Origin: Propionibacterium freudenreichii subsp. freudenreichii
GTDB taxonomy: Bacteria; Actinomycetota; Actinomycetes; Propionibacteriales; Propionibacteriaceae
Direction: 5' to 3'
Assembly: GCF_000940845.1 (NCBI RefSeq)
Contig: NZ_CP010341.1
Span: 2,010,001-2,042,000 of the forward strand
DNA: 32,000 bases
Shown here: piece by piece, positions 7,739-16,990 of the stretch
Layout of the letters: each line of letters opens with the position of its first letter
How positions within the stretch are numbered: the first letter of the stretch is position 1
The notes under the pieces: model-generated
The model's input: the letters and a program-made list of their open reading frames with translations, nothing else
The model's database searches: none
What the model was told of the DNA's origin: nothing
Position numbers and translations under genes: made by a program

Positions 7739-9256
7739 TCACGCCTGCTGAACGGTGACTTCGCGGACGGTTCCGCCCACGTTCACGTTGTAGGTGACGG
7801 GACCGGCCACGGCGAGCGACTTCTCGTCGCCCTCGGCCTCGGCCTTCAGCTGGGCATCGGTGAGAGCCACGCTGTGCGGGCCCTCGGCGCGATGCTCGAA
7901 GAAGACCGGAGCGACCTGCGGGAACAGTGCATAGGTGAGCACGTCCTCGTCGGTGCCGTTGAAGCCCTTGAGCGTCGCGGCCTCCTTGGACTGCTTCTCC
8001 CACTCGGGGGGCAGCAGATCGGCCGGGCGCTGGGTGATCGGCTTCTTGCCGGACTGCTCCTCGGCCAACTTGACCACCTTCGGATCGCGATCGGCCGGGC
8101 TGGCGCCGTAGTAGCCGAGCATGATGTCGGCGAACTCGCCGGTCATCCTCTTGTACTCGCCCATCATCACGTTGAACACGGCCTGCGTGCCGACGATCTG
8201 GCTGGACGGGGTGACCAGGGGCGGGAAGCCGGCGGCCTTGCGGACGCGCGGAACCTCGGCCATGACCTCGTCCATCTTGTCCTCGGCGCCCTGGGCGCGC
8301 AGCTGCGACTCCATGTTGGAGAGCATGCCGCCGGGGATCTGCGACTTGAAGATCGAGGTGTCGACAAGCGTCTTCGACTCGAACTTCTTGTACTTCGGGC
8401 GGATGGCCTTGAAGTGATCGCGGATCTTGTGCAGGCGATCGTAGTCAAGGTTGGTGGTGTACCCGGTGCCCTCGAGCATCTCGGCGACCGACTCGGTGGG
8501 GTTGTGGCCCGGGCCGAGCGACATGGACGAGATGGCGGTGTCGACGACGTCGACGCCGGCCTCGATGGCCTTCATGAGGGAGACCTCGGTGACACCCGTG
8601 GTGGAGTGGCAGTGCAGGTTGATCTGCGTCTTCTGGCCGTAGGTGTCCTTGATGGCCTTGATGATGTCGTAGGCCGGCTGCGGCTTGAGCAGGGCGGCCA
8701 TGTCCTTCAGGGCGATGGAATCAGCACCCATGTCAAGCAGCTGACCAGCAAGCTTGACATAGCCCTCAACGGTGTGGACCGGGCTGATCGTGTAGCAAAT
8801 GGTGCCCTGCGCGTGCTTGCCGGCCTTCTTGACGGCAGCCATGGCGTGCGCCATGTTGCGGGGATCATTCATGGCGTCGAAGACACGGAACACGTCCATG
8901 CCGTTCTCAGCGGACTTGTCGACGAAGCGATCGACGACCTCGTCGTTGTAGTGGCGGTAACCCAGCAGGTTCTGGCCACGCAGCAGCATCTGGAGACGGC
9001 TGTTGGGCATCAGCTTGCGGAACGTGCGCAGACGCTCCCAAGGATCCTCGTTGAGGAAGCGGATACACGAGTCATACGTGGCACCACCCCAACACTCCAC
9101 TGACCAGTACCCGGCAGCATCAATGTCTGCACAGGCGCCGACCATGTCTTCCATTGCCATTCGTGTGGCCATCAGGCTCTGATGGGCATCGCGCAGCACG
9201 AGCTCGGTGATACCAACCTCGCGCGGCTCGGAAACCTCAATTTCTCGCGGACTCAT
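7739..9256 (-). CDS. Methylmalonyl-CoA carboxyltransferase 5S subunit (pyruvate carboxyltransferase, HMGL-like TIM barrel)
   Basis: The 505-aa product MSPREIEVSEPREVGITELVLRDAHQSLMATRM... ends ...VNVGGTVREVTVQQA, matching the P. shermanii 5S subunit as I recall it. GGGAGGA lies upstream of ATG 9256. The ORF-track extension to 9307 is rejected. Confidence 0.97.
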   Translation of the reverse strand: MSPREIEVSEPREVGITELVLRDAHQSLMATRMAMEDMVGACADIDAAGYWSVECWGGATYDSCIRFLNEDPWERLRTFRKLMPNSRLQMLLRGQNLLGYRHYNDEVVDRFVDKSAENGMDVFRVFDAMNDPRNMAHAMAAVKKAGKHAQGTICYTISPVHTVEGYVKLAGQLLDMGADSIALKDMAALLKPQPAYDIIKAIKDTYGQKTQINLHCHSTTGVTEVSLMKAIEAGVDVVDTAISSMSLGPGHNPTESVAEMLEGTGYTTNLDYDRLHKIRDHFKAIRPKYKKFESKTLVDTSIFKSQIPGGMLSNMESQLRAQGAEDKMDEVMAEVPRVRKAAGFPPLVTPSSQIVGTQAVFNVMMGEYKRMTGEFADIMLGYYGASPADRDPKVVKLAEEQSGKKPITQRPADLLPPEWEKQSKEAATLKGFNGTDEDVLTYALFPQVAPVFFEHRAEGPHSVALTDAQLKAEAEGDEKSLAVAGPVTYNVNVGGTVREVTVQQA

Positions 9257-9454
9257 GGCGCCATCCTCCCACGTTCTGCGGCGATTCGGGCAAGGGGGTG
9301 GGGGCACTAAACGCAGATCACAGGAATCTAACAGCGTTCATCCGAGGCACCCCAGACGACCTACCAAAAAACCTTCGGCGCCGCCGGAAAATGACAGGCA
9401 ATCTCGCATTACGAACACGCCGTGATCACCATTTGAACAGTTTCGGACATGGCA
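9257..9454 (-). promoter_or_regulatory. Upstream/promoter region of the transcarboxylase operon (locally lower GC)
   Basis: A 198-nt non-coding stretch lies between a hairpin downstream of hemL and the 5S start. On the minus strand it contains cgctgTTAGATTcc (a TAGATT -10 candidate) and a T6 run. No transcription start can be fixed from sequence alone. Confidence 0.3.
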
Positions 9455-9492
9455 GTGGGCGCGTCCGGCGAACAAGCCGGAAACGCGCCCAC
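9455..9492 (-). terminator. Hairpin 33 nt downstream of the hemL stop (candidate terminator)
   Basis: gtgggcgcgt (9455-9464) pairs perfectly with acgcgcccac (9483-9492). An inner ccggc/gccgg extension surrounds the loop gaacaa. No adjacent U-tract. Confidence 0.4.
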
Positions 9493-9524
9493 TCCGCAAT
9501 TGCCACCGCCTGGCGAGACACCGA

Positions 9525-10850
9525 TCAGCGGCGCACATCCTCCAACGAGGAAAGGCCCTGGGCGGCCGCCTGTGCAGCCTTGTGCAGGCCGGCGTCGATG
9601 ACCTCAAGGTCGTCGTCATCCAGGGCGGTGGAGCAGAACCAGGCCTCGAAGCCGCTGGGGGCCAGCCACAGGCCGGCATCGAGTGCCGCGTGGAAGAAGC
9701 GCGAGAACGCCTTGGTGTCCTGCTTGGACGCCGAGGCGAAGTCAGTCACCGGGGCGTCGGTGAGGAAGACGCTGAACAGGTTGGAGACCTTGTTGATCCG
9801 GTGGGGCACCCCGGCGGACTCCAGCGCCGCATCGGCCATCGCCGAGACCCGGTCGGCGGTGGCGTCCAGTCGGGAGTAGGCGGCGTCGTCCATGAGGGCA
9901 AGCGTGGCCAGCCCCGCCGCGCAGGCAGCCGGGTTACCCGACAGGGTGCCCGCCTGGTAGACGGGCCCCTCGGGGGCCAGGTAGTCCATCAGCTGCGCCG
10001 AACCACCCACGGCCGCCAGTGGCATGCCGCCACCGATCACCTTGCCGAAGGTGAACAGGTCGGGAGTCCACCCCTCCTTCGCCCCCTGCAGTCCCCAGGC
10101 GCCGGTGGGGCTCAGCCGGAAACCGGTGAGCACCTCGTCCTGGATGAGAAGGGCGCCGTGGGCGTGGGCGATGTCATGCAGGCGACGGTTGAAGCCCTCG
10201 GGCGGCACGATGACGCCCATGTTCGCCGGGACGCCCTCGGTGACGATGGCCGCCACCTGGTCGCCACGCTCGGCGAACAGCTCCTCGACCATGTCGATGC
10301 GCCCATAGGGCAGGGCGACCGTGTCGCCGGCGACCTCCTTGGGCACGCCGGGCGAATCGGGCAGGCCCAGGCTTGCCACCCCGGAGCCGGCCGACACCAG
10401 GAAGGAATCGGAATGGCCGTGGTAGCAGCCGACGAACTTGACCAGCAGCGGTCGCTTCGTGATGCCGCGCGCCAGTCGGGCCGCGGTCATCACGGCCTCG
10501 GTGCCCGAACAGGTGAAGCGCACCTTGTCGATGGCGCCGCCCATGCGGGCGACGACGGCCTGGGCGAGCCGCAGCTCCACCTCACTGGGCGCGCCGAACG
10601 AGGTGGAATCGGCAACGGCCTGCAGCACGGCGGCCACCACCTCGGGGTGGGCGTGGCCGGCGATCATCGGCCCCCAGCTGCACACCAGGTCGACATAGCG
10701 CTTGTCGTCGACGTCGACGATGTGGGAACCCAGCGCCCGCTTCACGAAGCGTGGCGTGCCCCCGACACTGCGGTAGGCGCGCACCGGCGAGGAGACGCCC
10801 CCGGGCATGACCTTGAGGGCTTCTGCGAACAATTCGTCACTGACACTCAT
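9525..10850 (-). CDS. hemL: Glutamate-1-semialdehyde 2,1-aminomutase
   Basis: MSVSDELFAEALKVMPGGVSSPVRAYRSVGG...; class-III aminotransferase with the PLP-lysine region (FTFGKVIGGGMPLAAVGG). Full length, 441 aa. Confidence 0.95.
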   Translation of the reverse strand: MSVSDELFAEALKVMPGGVSSPVRAYRSVGGTPRFVKRALGSHIVDVDDKRYVDLVCSWGPMIAGHAHPEVVAAVLQAVADSTSFGAPSEVELRLAQAVVARMGGAIDKVRFTCSGTEAVMTAARLARGITKRPLLVKFVGCYHGHSDSFLVSAGSGVASLGLPDSPGVPKEVAGDTVALPYGRIDMVEELFAERGDQVAAIVTEGVPANMGVIVPPEGFNRRLHDIAHAHGALLIQDEVLTGFRLSPTGAWGLQGAKEGWTPDLFTFGKVIGGGMPLAAVGGSAQLMDYLAPEGPVYQAGTLSGNPAACAAGLATLALMDDAAYSRLDATADRVSAMADAALESAGVPHRINKVSNLFSVFLTDAPVTDFASASKQDTKAFSRFFHAALDAGLWLAPSGFEAWFCSTALDDDDLEVIDAGLHKAAQAAAQGLSSLEDVRR

Positions 10851-10907
10851 GGGTTCTTCCTTGTCGGGCCGGGCATTCCGGCAGCGGGATGGCCTTGCCC
10901 CTCGATT

Positions 10908-11639
10908 CTAGGGTCTGCCCGCAGCGGGGCCGGCCCGACGACCGGTCGCCCAGGCGCGGGCCGGATCCGGGGCGCCTCCGGTGTGATCCGGGCCCCCGGC
11001 TCCCCCAGCGTCCCCGGCGCGCGTCGTCCCCGTGGCCAGCGGCAGGAAGACCGTGTCCACGATGTCCACGATGTCCTCGTCCGGCACGCTCTGGAAGGTC
11101 ATGAAGAACTGCAGGCGCACCAGGTCCATCGGCAGCGCCAGCACGCGTCGGGGCAGCGGCGCGGCGACCTCACCGCGAGCGATGGCACGCTCCACGAGCA
11201 GCGCCATCGTGTCCACCCGATCGCCCAGCAAATGGGCACGCAACTCCTGGGGCGTGGTGTTCGTCTCATCGAAGTAGGCCCCCAGCAACACGCTGATCAG
11301 GGCCGGCGCATCGTCGCCGAGGCGATTCGCGCCGCGCAGCACGGCCAGCACATCGCCACGCAGCGATCCGGTGTCGGGAACCGTTGCCGGGTCATTGAAG
11401 TAGCGCTGCGACAGCACGGCCAGCACCAGCGACTCCTTGTTGGGCCAGCGCCGGTAGAGGGCGGCCTTGCCGGTGTGGGCGCGCTCGGCCACTGCCTCGA
11501 AGGTGAGTCCGGCGTAGCCGGCACCGGCGAGTTCGCGCCATCCGGCGTCCAGGATCGCCTTCTCCAGCGCCGGGCCGCGCCGCCTGGTCTCCCGGGGGAT
11601 CGTCCCCTGCCCGTCCGCGTCCGCCACGACTCCCCCCAT
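10908..11639 (-). CDS. hemR: TetR-family regulator divergent from an MFS transporter; its position corresponds to hemR of the hemYHBXRL cluster described for P. freudenreichii (recollection)
   Basis: HTH region ALEKAILDAGWRELAGAGYAGLTFEAVAERAHTGKAALYRRWPNKESLVLAVL. The ORF runs to GTG 11687, but its first 16 codons fall in an AT-richer stretch, so ATG 11639 is preferred. The start is uncertain. Confidence 0.8.
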   Translation of the reverse strand: MGGVVADADGQGTIPRETRRRGPALEKAILDAGWRELAGAGYAGLTFEAVAERAHTGKAALYRRWPNKESLVLAVLSQRYFNDPATVPDTGSLRGDVLAVLRGANRLGDDAPALISVLLGAYFDETNTTPQELRAHLLGDRVDTMALLVERAIARGEVAAPLPRRVLALPMDLVRLQFFMTFQSVPDEDIVDIVDTVFLPLATGTTRAGDAGGAGGPDHTGGAPDPARAWATGRRAGPAAGRP

Positions 11640-11735
11640 CCCGAAAACCAACCCCGAAAAGTACTCATTGTGATCGCTTGCGTCCACTATCTTACGCGCC
11701 TATGTTGTGTACGCATTCGTTCTCTATTGGAGGTC
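11640..11735. promoter_or_regulatory. Divergent promoter/operator region between the TetR regulator and the MFS transporter
   Basis: This is the most AT-rich patch in the neighbourhood. Candidate -10 hexamers are TATGTT (11700-11705, plus strand, towards the MFS gene) and TAAGAT (complement 11689-11694, towards the TetR gene). GGAGG lies at 11729-11733, before ATG 11736. Confidence 0.35.
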
Positions 11736-13199
11736 ATGGTGGTGAATCCACACGATGGTGCGGCCACGACGCAGTCGACTGGCAGGTTGCTGGTCGCGCT
11801 GGTGGTCGGCGGGATCACGGCGATCATGGACACGACGATCGTCGCCATCGGCATGCACACCCTCACCGAGGCGCTGCACGCACCGGTCTCGACGCTGCAA
11901 TGGGTGAGCACCGGCTACCTGCTGGCGCTCGCGGTGGCGATCCCCTTCGTCAGTTGGGCCCAGACCCGGTTCGGGGGCAAGCGGCTGTGGCTGTTCGCGC
12001 TCGGACTGTTCACGGTGAGCTCCGCCCTGTGCGCGCTGAGCTGGAGCGCCGCCTCGCTCATCGCCTTCCGGGTGCTGCAGGGCTTCGGGGGCGGCATCAT
12101 GTTCCCGCTCATGCAGACCCTGGTGATGCAACACGTCGACCGACGTGGGATGACCCGGGCCATGGCCAATGTGAGCCTGCCGATCGCCCTGGGGCCGATC
12201 ATCGGGCCCGTACTCGGCGGCGTCGTGCTCAACTGGCTGTCCTGGCACTGGCTGTTCCTGATCAATGTGCCGATCGGCGTTGTGGGGTGGGTACTCGCCA
12301 TGGCGTTCATCACCGATGACCGTCCGCGCCCGGCAGCAGGCCACCCACGACTCGACCTGGTCGGCGCGGTGCTGTTGTCGCTGGCCCTGGCCGGCATGCT
12401 CTACGGCCTGTCCAATGCCTACGACGTGGGCGGCTTCCATCGCGCCGACGTGCTGGTTCCGGCATTGGTGGGCCTGGCGCTGCTGGCCGGATTCGTCGCC
12501 TGGGCGCGCCGACGCGGCAGCCGGGCCCTGATCGACGTGCGCCTGTTGGCGGTGCGCTCGGTGCGCGTCTCCTCGGTCACCCTGACGCTGGTGGGCGCCA
12601 CCCTGTTCTCGGCCAACTTCCTGTTGCCGCTGTACTTCCAGTCGTTGCGCGGCTACGACGCCCTCAACGCCGCGCTGCTGTTGATCCCGCAGGGCATCGG
12701 TTCCCTGCTGTCGCGGTTCATCGTGAGCTCCCTGGTCGCCCGCTTCGGCCCGCGCCTCACCGCGGTGGCAGGCCTGCTGATCAGCGCCGCCGCGACCGTC
12801 CCCTTCGCCCTGGCAGGCACCGACACCGGGCTGTGGCTGCTCGGCACGGTGCTGTTCGTGCGGGGCTTCGGCATGGGCGTGGTGCTCATCCCGATCATGA
12901 CCGGGGCCTATGTGGACATCGCCCGTGAGCACATGCCACATGCCTCGGCGATCACCCGCATCGTGCAACAGCTGGGTGGCGCCTTCGGCACGGCCCTGGT
13001 GGCGGTGGCGCTCACCTCACGAGCGAGCACCGCGCGTCCCCGGGACGGGTTCGATGCGGCCTTCTGGTGGACGATCGCCATGACCCTGGCGGCTGCCGTC
13101 GCCGCGCTGTTCCTCGCGCCGGACGAACGACCCACGGCCGAGCGCACGGACGCCACCCCGGCGAGCCGACAACCGGCCATCGTGGCTGCCGGCGACTAG
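11736..13199 (+). CDS. hemX: MFS transporter, DHA2 (EmrB/QacA-like, about 14 TM) drug:H+ antiporter type; its position corresponds to hemX of the hemYHBXRL cluster (recollection)
   Basis: These are the last 487 codons of the 9582..13199 ORF, starting MVVNPHDGAATTQSTGRLLVALVVGGITAIMDTTIVAIGMHTL after GGAGG. Many hydrophobic helices are present, along with the MFS motif region LQGFGGGIMFPLMQTLV. The upstream part of the long ORF is antisense to hemL/hemR and is rejected. Confidence 0.85.
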   Translation: MVVNPHDGAATTQSTGRLLVALVVGGITAIMDTTIVAIGMHTLTEALHAPVSTLQWVSTGYLLALAVAIPFVSWAQTRFGGKRLWLFALGLFTVSSALCALSWSAASLIAFRVLQGFGGGIMFPLMQTLVMQHVDRRGMTRAMANVSLPIALGPIIGPVLGGVVLNWLSWHWLFLINVPIGVVGWVLAMAFITDDRPRPAAGHPRLDLVGAVLLSLALAGMLYGLSNAYDVGGFHRADVLVPALVGLALLAGFVAWARRRGSRALIDVRLLAVRSVRVSSVTLTLVGATLFSANFLLPLYFQSLRGYDALNAALLLIPQGIGSLLSRFIVSSLVARFGPRLTAVAGLLISAAATVPFALAGTDTGLWLLGTVLFVRGFGMGVVLIPIMTGAYVDIAREHMPHASAITRIVQQLGGAFGTALVAVALTSRASTARPRDGFDAAFWWTIAMTLAAAVAALFLAPDERPTAERTDATPASRQPAIVAAGD

Positions 13200-13227
13200 A
13201 CCGCCGCCACGCGCCGGCGGCGTCGAA

Positions 13228-14238
<1,011 letters not shown>

Positions 14239-14273
14239 TCAGAGGGTGAATGTGCCCGACTGGGCGAGCCCGG

Positions 14274-14321
14274 GTGCTTGAGGGGAAGGGCGCTTGAAGG
14301 GAAGGGTGCTTGGGAAGATGG
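14274..14321. repeat. 3 x 16-bp imperfect tandem repeat in the hemH-hemB intergenic spacer
   Basis: gtgcttgaggggaagg (14274-14289) / gcgcttgaagggaagg (14290-14305) / gtgcttgggaagatgg (14306-14321). Confidence 0.7.
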
Positions 14322-14348
14322 CGTGGGCGGGACTGCCCGCGGGACGCG

Positions 14349-15407
14349 TCACCGTGGACCCGCGGCGAAACCGGGGATCGTCGGCCTGCCGGCGATCCGG
14401 GCATTGGGACAGCAATCCGGCGTGCACCAATGGCGCGCGGCAGGGGCGTCGGGGCCGGTGCCCGGCTTGGTGGACAAGGCAGCGACGATCAGGTCGGCCA
14501 GCCCCTCGATGAAGACCGGCAGGGTGCCGACGGTGGCCACCCGGGTGAAGGCCATGGAGTGCTCGGCGGCCGTCGCGGCGGCCTCGGTGTCGAGGTCCCA
14601 GACCACCTCCATGTGATCGGTGAGGAATCCGATCGGTGAACAGATCACGTCGCGGACCCCCTCGCCGGCCAGGCGGGTGATCACGTCATTGATGTCAGGC
14701 TCCAGCCACGGCGTGCGTGGGCTCCCGGACCGCGATTGGTAGGCCAGCTCCCAGGAGGGACGCAGGCCAAGGGCGGCCAGCTCGGCCATCACCGCGTCGA
14801 TCAGCGCCAAGTGTTGCGGGATGTAGGCGTTGCCGTGCGGACCCGAGGTCTCGGCCATGGCGGTGGGGATGGAGTGGGTGGTGAACACCAGGTGGGCGTC
14901 GGGATGATCGGCCAAGGCCGCGCGCAACAGCTGTACCTGGGCGGTGACCAACGCCGGCAGGTCGGCATAGGGGTCGAGCTTGACCACCTGCAGGGCGGGG
15001 CGTCCCTCGTCGTCGATCCGGGTGCCGGCAAGCAGCTCCTCGCGATAGGCACGGCATCCGGAGTAGGACGCGTAGGGCGTGGGCACCAGCGTCAGCACCC
15101 GACGGATGCCACGGGACTGCAGGTCGGCCAGGGCCTGGTCCATGTAGGGCATCGAGTGGCGGTTGGCGTTGGCGATCGGCACGTCGATGCCCCGTGCCAC
15201 CAGCGCCTCCCCGAGGGCCGCGGCCAGGGCGCGGTGCTGGGCGTTCACCGGACTGACGCCGCCGAAGCGCGCGTAGTGGTGCTCCACCTCGGCCAGCCGG
15301 TCGGGCGGGATGTGCCCGCCGCTGACCCGTTGCAGGAAATCGGGCACCTCCGCCATCGATTCGGGACCGCCGAAACCAGCGACCAGTAGGGCGTCGAAGC
15401 TCGTCAT
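14349..15407 (-). CDS. hemH: Ferrochelatase (coproporphyrin ferrochelatase CpfC type), with a Cys-rich C-terminal tail
   Basis: The 352-aa product starts MTSFDALLVAGFGGPESMAEVPDFLQRV... and has the motif region ICSPIGFLTDHMEVVWDLD. Its ATG (15407) overlaps the hemY stop as ATGA. The ORF-track N-terminal extension to 15869 lies inside hemY in another frame and is rejected. Confidence 0.9.
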   Translation of the reverse strand: MTSFDALLVAGFGGPESMAEVPDFLQRVSGGHIPPDRLAEVEHHYARFGGVSPVNAQHRALAAALGEALVARGIDVPIANANRHSMPYMDQALADLQSRGIRRVLTLVPTPYASYSGCRAYREELLAGTRIDDEGRPALQVVKLDPYADLPALVTAQVQLLRAALADHPDAHLVFTTHSIPTAMAETSGPHGNAYIPQHLALIDAVMAELAALGLRPSWELAYQSRSGSPRTPWLEPDINDVITRLAGEGVRDVICSPIGFLTDHMEVVWDLDTEAAATAAEHSMAFTRVATVGTLPVFIEGLADLIVAALSTKPGTGPDAPAARHWCTPDCCPNARIAGRPTIPGFAAGPR

Positions 15408-16987
15408 CGGGTCTCCGTCCGGTCGGTGGCGGCGTTGCCGGTGGGTGCGCTCGGGGTAGCGGCCAGTGCGGCGTCGATCACCTCGTCGGCGCTGTGCCGG
15501 GCGTCGCTGATGCAGTCGGGCAGCCCGACGCCGTGCAGGGCACTCCCGGCAACCGCCCAGGTGGGACGCTGCTCGGCCAGCGTGGAATCGACCACCGCAG
15601 CGCGCTCCAGGTGTCCCACGGTGTACTTGGGCATCACCTTGTGCCAGCGGGTGATCTGGGTGAGGCCGGGCTCGCCGTGCACGCCCAGCAGGGGGCGCAC
15701 ATGGTCGATCACCGCGCTGAGCAGCTCGTCGTCGGGGGCGTCGGTGAGCGGGCCGCGCTTGTCGGGGACGAAGACGCGCATCAGCACCGAACCGTCGGGG
15801 GCGCGGCCGGCGAACTTGATGGAGCTGGCGGTCAGGCCACTGACCGGGCCGGCGTCGGCCTCGAGCCAACCCTGCGAATCAGGGGCGACGTCGAAGGCGC
15901 TGACCGGCCAGGCCAGCGAGACGATCGTCGTGGAGGCCAGGGGGATCTGCGCCAGGGCACGGGCGGCGGCCGGCAGCTGGGGTCGCAGCAACCGCGCCGA
16001 GCTGGCCACTCCCCCGGCAAGTACCACCGCATCGGCGGGCAGCACCCGCCCATCGGACAGGTGCACCCCGTCGCGGCCCAGCAGGTCGACGCTGGTGTTC
16101 ACCAGCAGCTCGACGCCACCGGCACGCAGCTGGTCGACCAGGGCATCGATCAGCTGGCCGAGGCCCCCGCGCAACGTGCGGAAGGGGGATGCGGCCGGGC
16201 CGCGTGTCCCCGCTGAGTTGTTCTGGCCTGTGCTGTTCTGGTGCGAGCTGTTCTGCTGCGCGTTGTTCTGGGCCGCCCGCTGCCGGGCCGCGCGCCGGCT
16301 GGCGCGTCCGCCGGCAAGGGAGGCGACCATCAGGGAGCGGTGGTCGCGCTCGTTGTCACGCAGGCTCGGCAGCACGGCGTCGAGGCTCAGCTCGTCGATA
16401 CCGGCACCGTAGATGCCGCCGACCATCGGATCGGCGAAGCGACGCACGATGCCATCACCCAGGCGTTGGCGCAGGAAGGCGCCGATCGCCACGTCATGGT
16501 CGGGCAGGCGGCGCGGGATCACCAGGTCGAGCCCGGCGCGGATCTTGTCGGGCCATGACAGCACGGTGGTGGTGACGAAGGGCCACATGCGGGTCGGCAG
16601 CACCATGCCCATGCCGGCCGGCATCGGACGCAGCTTGCCGCGCGACAGCAGGCTCACACGGCGTCCCCCACCCGGTGCGATCACCTGGTCGGACAGGCCC
16701 AGCTCCTCGATCAACTTCAGTGCGGCGGGCCGGTAGGCGACGAACGAGTCGGGCCCCTGCTCCACCAGGAAGCCGTCGCGCCGGTCGGTGACGACCTTGC
16801 CGCCGAAGTGGTCATCGGACTCCACAACGCTGACCCGCGCGCCGCGGGCCATGCCCTGCCAGGCAGCGGCCAGGCCGGTGATGCCGCCGCCGACCACCAC
16901 CAGGTGGCAGTGCGAGGCATCAGGGCCGGGCGCGTCGGTGCCGGAAACGGTCGGGGTGGGGGTGGTCACACGATCGGTGGTGCTCAT
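15404..16987 (-). CDS. hemY: HemY-type FAD oxidase (protoporphyrinogen/coproporphyrinogen III oxidase, CgoX)
   Basis: FAD dinucleotide-binding motif HLVVVGGGITGLAAAW...VSVVESDDHFGGKV. The protein is 527 aa, longer than typical HemY because of an internal Q/N-rich insert. Confidence 0.9.
   Translation of the reverse strand: MSTTDRVTTPTPTVSGTDAPGPDASHCHLVVVGGGITGLAAAWQGMARGARVSVVESDDHFGGKVVTDRRDGFLVEQGPDSFVAYRPAALKLIEELGLSDQVIAPGGGRRVSLLSRGKLRPMPAGMGMVLPTRMWPFVTTTVLSWPDKIRAGLDLVIPRRLPDHDVAIGAFLRQRLGDGIVRRFADPMVGGIYGAGIDELSLDAVLPSLRDNERDHRSLMVASLAGGRASRRAARQRAAQNNAQQNSSHQNSTGQNNSAGTRGPAASPFRTLRGGLGQLIDALVDQLRAGGVELLVNTSVDLLGRDGVHLSDGRVLPADAVVLAGGVASSARLLRPQLPAAARALAQIPLASTTIVSLAWPVSAFDVAPDSQGWLEADAGPVSGLTASSIKFAGRAPDGSVLMRVFVPDKRGPLTDAPDDELLSAVIDHVRPLLGVHGEPGLTQITRWHKVMPKYTVGHLERAAVVDSTLAEQRPTWAVAGSALHGVGLPDCISDARHSADEVIDAALAATPSAPTGNAATDRTETR
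16212..16271 (-). repeat. 4 x 15-nt in-frame tandem repeat inside hemY, encoding QNNAQ-QNSSH-QNSTG-QNNSA
   Basis: TGTTCTG recurs at 16219, 16234, 16249 and 16264, a period of exactly 15 nt. The coding-strand units are cagaacaacgcgcag / cagaacagctcgcac / cagaacagcacaggc / cagaacaactcagcg. Confidence 0.85.
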
Positions 16988-16990
16988 TGG

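Noticed and set aside
6167-9103. 978-aa ORF on the plus strand spanning the 12S and 5S genes
   Set aside because: It is antisense to two genes whose products match well-known transcarboxylase subunits. Its translation is low-complexity (G/R/H/L/V/D-rich) with no recognisable domain. Long stop-free antisense frames are expected at this GC content.
9582-11735. N-terminal 718 codons of the 1205-aa plus-strand ORF
   Set aside because: This part is antisense to hemL and the TetR gene and has no domain signature. Only the last 487 codons (from ATG 11736, with a GGAGG SD) form the MFS transporter.
15408-15869. 154-codon N-terminal extension of the hemH ORF (ORF track 14349..15869)
   Set aside because: The extension lies entirely inside hemY in another frame and is Arg/Pro/Ala-rich. 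Ferrochelatase homology begins at MTSFDALLVAGFGGP, whose ATG overlaps the hemY stop as ATGA.
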